The notes below the pieces were generated by a model. It was not told the DNA's origin. It ran no database searches and saw only the letters and a program-made list of their open reading frames with translations. Positions 56,974 to 61,147 of a DNA stretch of 61,147 nucleotides are shown here, one piece after another. The number at the start of each line of letters is the position of its first letter. Within the stretch, counting starts at the first letter, position 1. This DNA comes from Patescibacteria group bacterium (GTDB lineage Bacteria > Patescibacteriota > Minisyncoccia > Phycocordibacterales > UBA2100), in the NCBI GenBank assembly GCA_038064835.1, contig JBBTSD010000012.1, positions 1-61,147 on the forward strand. Reading direction: 5' to 3'. A program made the position numbers and the translations under genes.

Positions 56974-57082
56974 TTTTTCACGAAATGTAATATGATAGGA
57001 CTTGTACAATTGGATGTAGTTCGAGGCGCGCGAGGAAAACAGTGTGAGACATATTGCATAATATGATGAACAATATTTTACG

Positions 57083-58393
57083 ATGCGCAACGACGAAATA
57101 CGCCGATTGTGGAAGTCCTGTATGAAAGAACACGGCCGTAACGGATGGCGCATTGTGCGCGTTGCATTCTTCCTTGCGAGCCGCTACATCGCTCGCACCA
57201 GCATGTGGCAAACAGGCCTCGTGGTCTTTGTCATGTCGCTTACCTTTCTCAACTTGGTAGTGGTGAATGGAATTCTGGTGGGCCTTATCGACGGAGCCAT
57301 GTACGGATTCCAGCAAAACTATGCGGGCGACCTCCTCATTTCGAAACTTCCAGAGAAAGAAAGTATTGAACGCGCTTCAACTATTCGCGGCATCGTCGAA
57401 CAAAACGACGATATTGTTGCATACTCGGCCCGCATCGTAGAGCCCGCCACCATCGAAGCAAACTATCTTGCCAGTGTCTCGCATCCGAATATCGTACCTG
57501 ACCGTGTCGCTGCATCGGTTGCTGGTATCAACATCGCCCAGGAAGAATCGGTGACAGGGGTTGCAAAAAAACTCATTGAAGGATCATTTCTCACCGAGAC
57601 CGACGACGATTCGGTAGTTTTGGGGGCAAATCTCATTGACCGCTACTTCCCCGCCGTAATAGGCCTGCAGACCCTAAGCGAGGTATATCCCGGCGACAAA
57701 ATACGGATTACCATTGGCAAAGCCACTCGTGAGTTTTTCATAAAGGGAATCGTCAAAACAAAAGCTGATGCGACAGATCTGCGCGTGTTTATGCTCGAGA
57801 ACCAGCTTAAAAAAATGCGTGGGGGCCTGGGTACAGCAAACACCGATGAATTTGCCCTACGCATACGACCAGGAAAATCAATTAGCGAAGTGCAGAACGA
57901 TCTCTTTGCCTACGGAATCGGCTCGTTGGCCTTGGTGCGCACCACCGAGGAGGCGATTGGTGAATTTTTGGGCGAGATAAAAGATACCTTCTCGCTCCTC
58001 GGCAACATTATCGGCGGTATTTCAGTGATTGTTGCTTCTATTACAATTTTCATCATCATTTTTATCACCGCAATTACACGCCAAAAATATATTGGTATCC
58101 TCAAAGGTATTGGTTTGTCCGGCATTACTATCGAGCTCTCGTATGTAATACTTTCCATTTTCTATTCAGGACTTGGTATTCTGATTGGAGTTTCCTTGTT
58201 GTATGGCGTGATGCTCCCCTACTTCAAGGCGCACCCCATCAACTTCCCCTTCAGCGATGGAATCCTCAGTGTCACCACCGTTGGCGTAATCGTGCGTTCG
58301 CTGATTCTGATTGTAACCACCATCATCGCCGGGTACCTCCCTGCCAGATTGATTGTGCAGAAAAATACGCTGGATGCCATCCTTGGCCGCTAG
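57083..58393 (+). CDS. MacB/FtsX-like ABC permease
   Basis: 4-TM layout, IGILKGIG, YLPAR; start uncertain. Confidence 0.85.
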   Translation: MRNDEIRRLWKSCMKEHGRNGWRIVRVAFFLASRYIARTSMWQTGLVVFVMSLTFLNLVVVNGILVGLIDGAMYGFQQNYAGDLLISKLPEKESIERASTIRGIVEQNDDIVAYSARIVEPATIEANYLASVSHPNIVPDRVAASVAGINIAQEESVTGVAKKLIEGSFLTETDDDSVVLGANLIDRYFPAVIGLQTLSEVYPGDKIRITIGKATREFFIKGIVKTKADATDLRVFMLENQLKKMRGGLGTANTDEFALRIRPGKSISEVQNDLFAYGIGSLALVRTTEEAIGEFLGEIKDTFSLLGNIIGGISVIVASITIFIIIFITAITRQKYIGILKGIGLSGITIELSYVILSIFYSGLGILIGVSLLYGVMLPYFKAHPINFPFSDGILSVTTVGVIVRSLILIVTTIIAGYLPARLIVQKNTLDAILGR

Positions 58394-58409
58394 TTAGTGT
58401 GACTTTAAT

Positions 58410-59120
58410 ATGATTTCAGGACAAAAACTTTCACGCACTTTCGTCATCGGACAGAACGAAACGCATGCTCTTTCGAATGTCGACTTTTCTGCAAAAGACG
58501 GCGAGTTTGTCGCCATCATCGGCAAATCCGGTGCCGGGAAAAGCACCCTAATGTATCAGCTCTCGCTCCTCGATACTCCTACCCATGGGTCGGTCACTAT
58601 TAACGGTATCAATACCAGCACACTTTCGCCAAACGAGCGCACTAAATTCCGCCTCGCATACTTGGGCTATGTGTTCCAAGATTATGCGCTCGTGCCCGAA
58701 CTCACCGCCGAAGAAAATGTGCTACTCCCTTTATTAATGCGCGGCGAGCAGTACGGTTATGCCCTCAAAAAGTCACGGGCAACACTCGAGAGCCTCGGTC
58801 TCGGCCACCGCCTCGATCGCCGGCCAGGTCGCCTTTCTGGCGGCGAGCAACAACGCGTATCAATTGCTCGTGCAATCACCCACGAGCCACTGATTTTGTT
58901 TGCCGACGAGCCAACCGCAAATCTCGATACTGAATCATCCAAACAACTCCTGAGCCACCTCGAAGATATGCACAAGCGCGGACAAACCATCATCATGGTG
59001 ACACACGAACTCGACTATGCGGCTCGCGCCCAGCGCGTTCTCGAGCTTTCAGACGGCAAAGTGACCCGTGAAGGGACGCCACAAGAGCTCAATCTGCTCT
59101 CGGGTGCCGTGGTACGCTAG
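58410..59120 (+). CDS. ABC transporter ATP-binding protein (LolD/MacB-like)
   Basis: GKSGAGKST, LSGGEQQRV, ADEPTANLD. Confidence 0.93.
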   Translation: MISGQKLSRTFVIGQNETHALSNVDFSAKDGEFVAIIGKSGAGKSTLMYQLSLLDTPTHGSVTINGINTSTLSPNERTKFRLAYLGYVFQDYALVPELTAEENVLLPLLMRGEQYGYALKKSRATLESLGLGHRLDRRPGRLSGGEQQRVSIARAITHEPLILFADEPTANLDTESSKQLLSHLEDMHKRGQTIIMVTHELDYAARAQRVLELSDGKVTREGTPQELNLLSGAVVR

Positions 59121-59261
59121 CTAGACCATACGCACGATCGCGCGGACCGTCTGCGTGGCGGTGTCGTGGTATCCCGGATCGTCTGTGGCAAACAGCAATA
59201 CCCCTCCAGCAATAATTCCGGCCGCCAGAATCAGGCCAGTAACGCGTGCAAGCGAACTCAT
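59121..59261 (-). CDS. 46-aa single-TM protein (below the ORF-track cutoff)
   Basis: MSSLARVTGLILAAGIIAGGVLLFATDD...; TGG-TATATT 6 nt before ATG. Confidence 0.5.
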   Translation of the reverse strand: MSSLARVTGLILAAGIIAGGVLLFATDDPGYHDTATQTVRAIVRMV

Positions 59262-59307
59262 GCGCTCAATATACCATTTTTAGTGAATTTACGTATACTG
59301 CCCGGGC

Positions 59308-59931
59308 ATGCCCAAGAACATCTTTTTTCACTTTCTACCCCACCCCCACCTTGAATCCGCTCTGCGGGTGGGTGCCTTTGCAATCATTATCTTTGCCTGT
59401 CTTGCTTATGGGATTGAAATTGATACCAAACTTTCCGCAGTAGTCGCGGTGCTGTTTCCCATTACTTACAATCTCTATTACCGCCCGCGGGAAATATCCA
59501 TCCGTATCGCAATTGCCCTAGTGTTTGCCCTGACTGTTACGAATGTAAATCATTATGTATACGACACACCCAATATCTATATCGGAAACAGCAATCTGTT
59601 CCCTTTGGTCATGTGGGTAGCCGGATTGCTCTTGATGCGTGAAATTTATGATTTAATACAGGGTCGCTATCGTTATCTGATGACCATACTTTCCTATTGG
59701 TCTCTTCTCTTTGCACTTGAATATGTTGCGTACTACTGGATGGGCGTCCGCACCAACCAAGGCAACCCCAGCTTCCTGGGTTCAGGCGTATTGCATGGCA
59801 CCGTCTTTATGCACTTCTTCTATCCGCTTTCTGGCCCTACCTATCTACTGATTCTTGATGTGATGCAAAAGCTCGCATCCAGATACACCGTCGGGTATAG
59901 TGTCATCGGAAAGAAATGGAGCCAATCGTGA
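59308..59931 (+). CDS. Multi-pass membrane protein
   Basis: About 6 hydrophobic segments; TATACT 8 nt before ATG. Confidence 0.7.
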   Translation: MPKNIFFHFLPHPHLESALRVGAFAIIIFACLAYGIEIDTKLSAVVAVLFPITYNLYYRPREISIRIAIALVFALTVTNVNHYVYDTPNIYIGNSNLFPLVMWVAGLLLMREIYDLIQGRYRYLMTILSYWSLLFALEYVAYYWMGVRTNQGNPSFLGSGVLHGTVFMHFFYPLSGPTYLLILDVMQKLASRYTVGYSVIGKKWSQS

Positions 59932-60332
59932 AGAAACGCCACTTTCTCAATACTGATATTCCCGAGCCGGTACTTGAGCGCGTAGCACCTGGATCAAAAC
60001 TGCGCATTCGTCCGCGAGACATCACTGTTCGTCCCCGTTGCTCTGCAGGGCGATTCGGAAAGTGCGAAACAGAAATCGCCGCAGGGCGCCTTGTGTTGTT
60101 TTTCAAACAACGAGGCTACTGGAGCGCGTTTACCACTGCAGAGCTCCGCGCATTCTCTGTTGAGAAGGGGCTACTCGGCGAAAAGGAGGATCTCCTTTTC
60201 GGGCTCACTGGTTTCTGGCTGGATGACGGCGTCCTTAGCTTTCGTTATGTCGGAGACACCTACATCGTCCTTTTGCCCGACGGCACCTGTGCCATCACAG
60301 AAAAATTCATCGAGCAATGCGCAAAAGCATAA
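59916..60332 (+). CDS. Hypothetical protein
   Basis: 138-aa ORF overlapping the previous stop. Confidence 0.6.
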   Translation: MEPIVKKRHFLNTDIPEPVLERVAPGSKLRIRPRDITVRPRCSAGRFGKCETEIAAGRLVLFFKQRGYWSAFTTAELRAFSVEKGLLGEKEDLLFGLTGFWLDDGVLSFRYVGDTYIVLLPDGTCAITEKFIEQCAKA

Positions 60333-60387
60333 TCTGATGACAAATTTGATTACTGTGATATAGTATTTCTGGTCAAGGAGGTACATC

Positions 60388-60804
60388 GTGAATCTTGCCC
60401 TGGATGCCGATCAGGTGGCCAAATTTCACCACGCGGCAAAGATCATCCAAACCGACGGCAGTGAGGGAATCCGCACTGCGGCAGGCATAGTCGGTCCCGA
60501 AATCGCGATGGCGATGCTGGTGATGTTTATGCGTCAACAAGCATGCCCTGATGGCTCGTTCCCTGTGTGCCCGTGTGTAACTGAAGAAGTCAATCGCGCT
60601 CTGCGCGGTGAACACCTCATCGCTGAACCCGACACAACAGTCAAACCATCCGCAGTGTGGGCGCGCGAGAGTCAGCTCTTTGTCCATGATCCTATCGGAT
60701 GGCGCAAAGCTGATGTCCCCTGGGAAAAGCCGATAACGAAAAAACAATTTGATCGGCTGCTCCTAGAATCCCGTTTTGGACCCCCACTCACAGCCAGTCA
60801 ATGA
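60388..60804 (+). CDS. Hypothetical protein
   Basis: Strong SD AAGGAGG before GTG. Confidence 0.65.
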   Translation: MNLALDADQVAKFHHAAKIIQTDGSEGIRTAAGIVGPEIAMAMLVMFMRQQACPDGSFPVCPCVTEEVNRALRGEHLIAEPDTTVKPSAVWARESQLFVHDPIGWRKADVPWEKPITKKQFDRLLLESRFGPPLTASQ

Positions 60805-60926
60805 AATACAGCCCGCTCCAGCGGGTTGTTTGCTTGCTCCCACAGACAATTTCAAAAACCCCTTTCAATTTAAGTAACTGCTCACACCCTATATAGGGAG
60901 CCACTGTGGAACTTTCCCCGCAAGAT

Positions 60927-60959
60927 CGCCCATGAGAAGGTCTGACCTTCTCATGGGCG
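60927..60959. repeat. REP-like palindrome, 16-bp arms
   Basis: CGCCCATGAGAAGGTC-T-GACCTTCTCATGGGCG. Confidence 0.85.
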
Positions 60960-60976
60960 CAACTTCTAGTCCCAAA

Positions 60977-61011
60977 ACTCCATGTTGGACTTACGAAGTC
61001 CAACATGGAGT
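60977..61011. repeat. REP-like palindrome, same family as 51091-51129
   Basis: ACTCCATGTTGGACTT-ACG-AAGTCCAACATGGAGT. Confidence 0.85.
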
Positions 61012-61118
61012 ACTCTGTGTACCACAGAGACCTGACGCTCTACATGCGAAGGTATATGGAGATGCGGAGGGTGATTCCAAGCTATTGAACCACGTTAACT
61101 AATCAAGACCTTGTACTC

Positions 61119-61144
61119 ACCCCCAGCATCTGACTGGGGGTTTT
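61119..61144 (+). terminator. Intrinsic terminator
   Basis: ACCCCCAG-N7-CTGGGGGTTTT. Confidence 0.7.
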
Positions 61145-61147
61145 GTA

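Noticed and set aside
61047-61115. Fluoride riboswitch-like GGAGATG start
   Set aside because: The pseudoknot and GCUGAUGAC elements are missing
1-61147. CRISPR array, cas genes, rRNA, reverse transcriptase/DGR
   Set aside because: No regularly spaced repeats or matching motifs seen

Overview
A ~61 kb chromosomal segment that looks like a Patescibacteria/CPR (Parcubacteria-like) genome. This assignment is inferred from the reduced dcw cluster, class I LysRS, short ProRS, degenerate PriA and CCA-less tRNAs. It carries core genes (murF-ftsI-ftsL-rsmH-mraZ, murI, ddl, mreB/mreC/PBP2, lysS, proS, greA, frr, rseP, holB, priA, def, fmt, hpf), six tRNAs, transporters, a thiol-redox cluster and many small stand-alone accessory genes. 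Main findings: (1) a ~400-nt non-coding, highly structured transcription unit at ~13274-13689 (minus strand) with a near-consensus sigma70 promoter and its own terminator, matching no RNA family I recognise; (2) a large serine recombinase gene enclosed by a perfect 55-bp inverted repeat and running into tRNA-Glu; (3) a prkA(yeaG)-yeaH-spoVR triad; (4) pervasive leaderless-type -10 boxes before core genes and tRNAs, and tRNAs placed 4-6 nt before the ddl and murI start codons; (5) REP-like palindromes with a compensatory change, and a ~150-bp hairpin. All family calls come from motif recognition; no database search was run.
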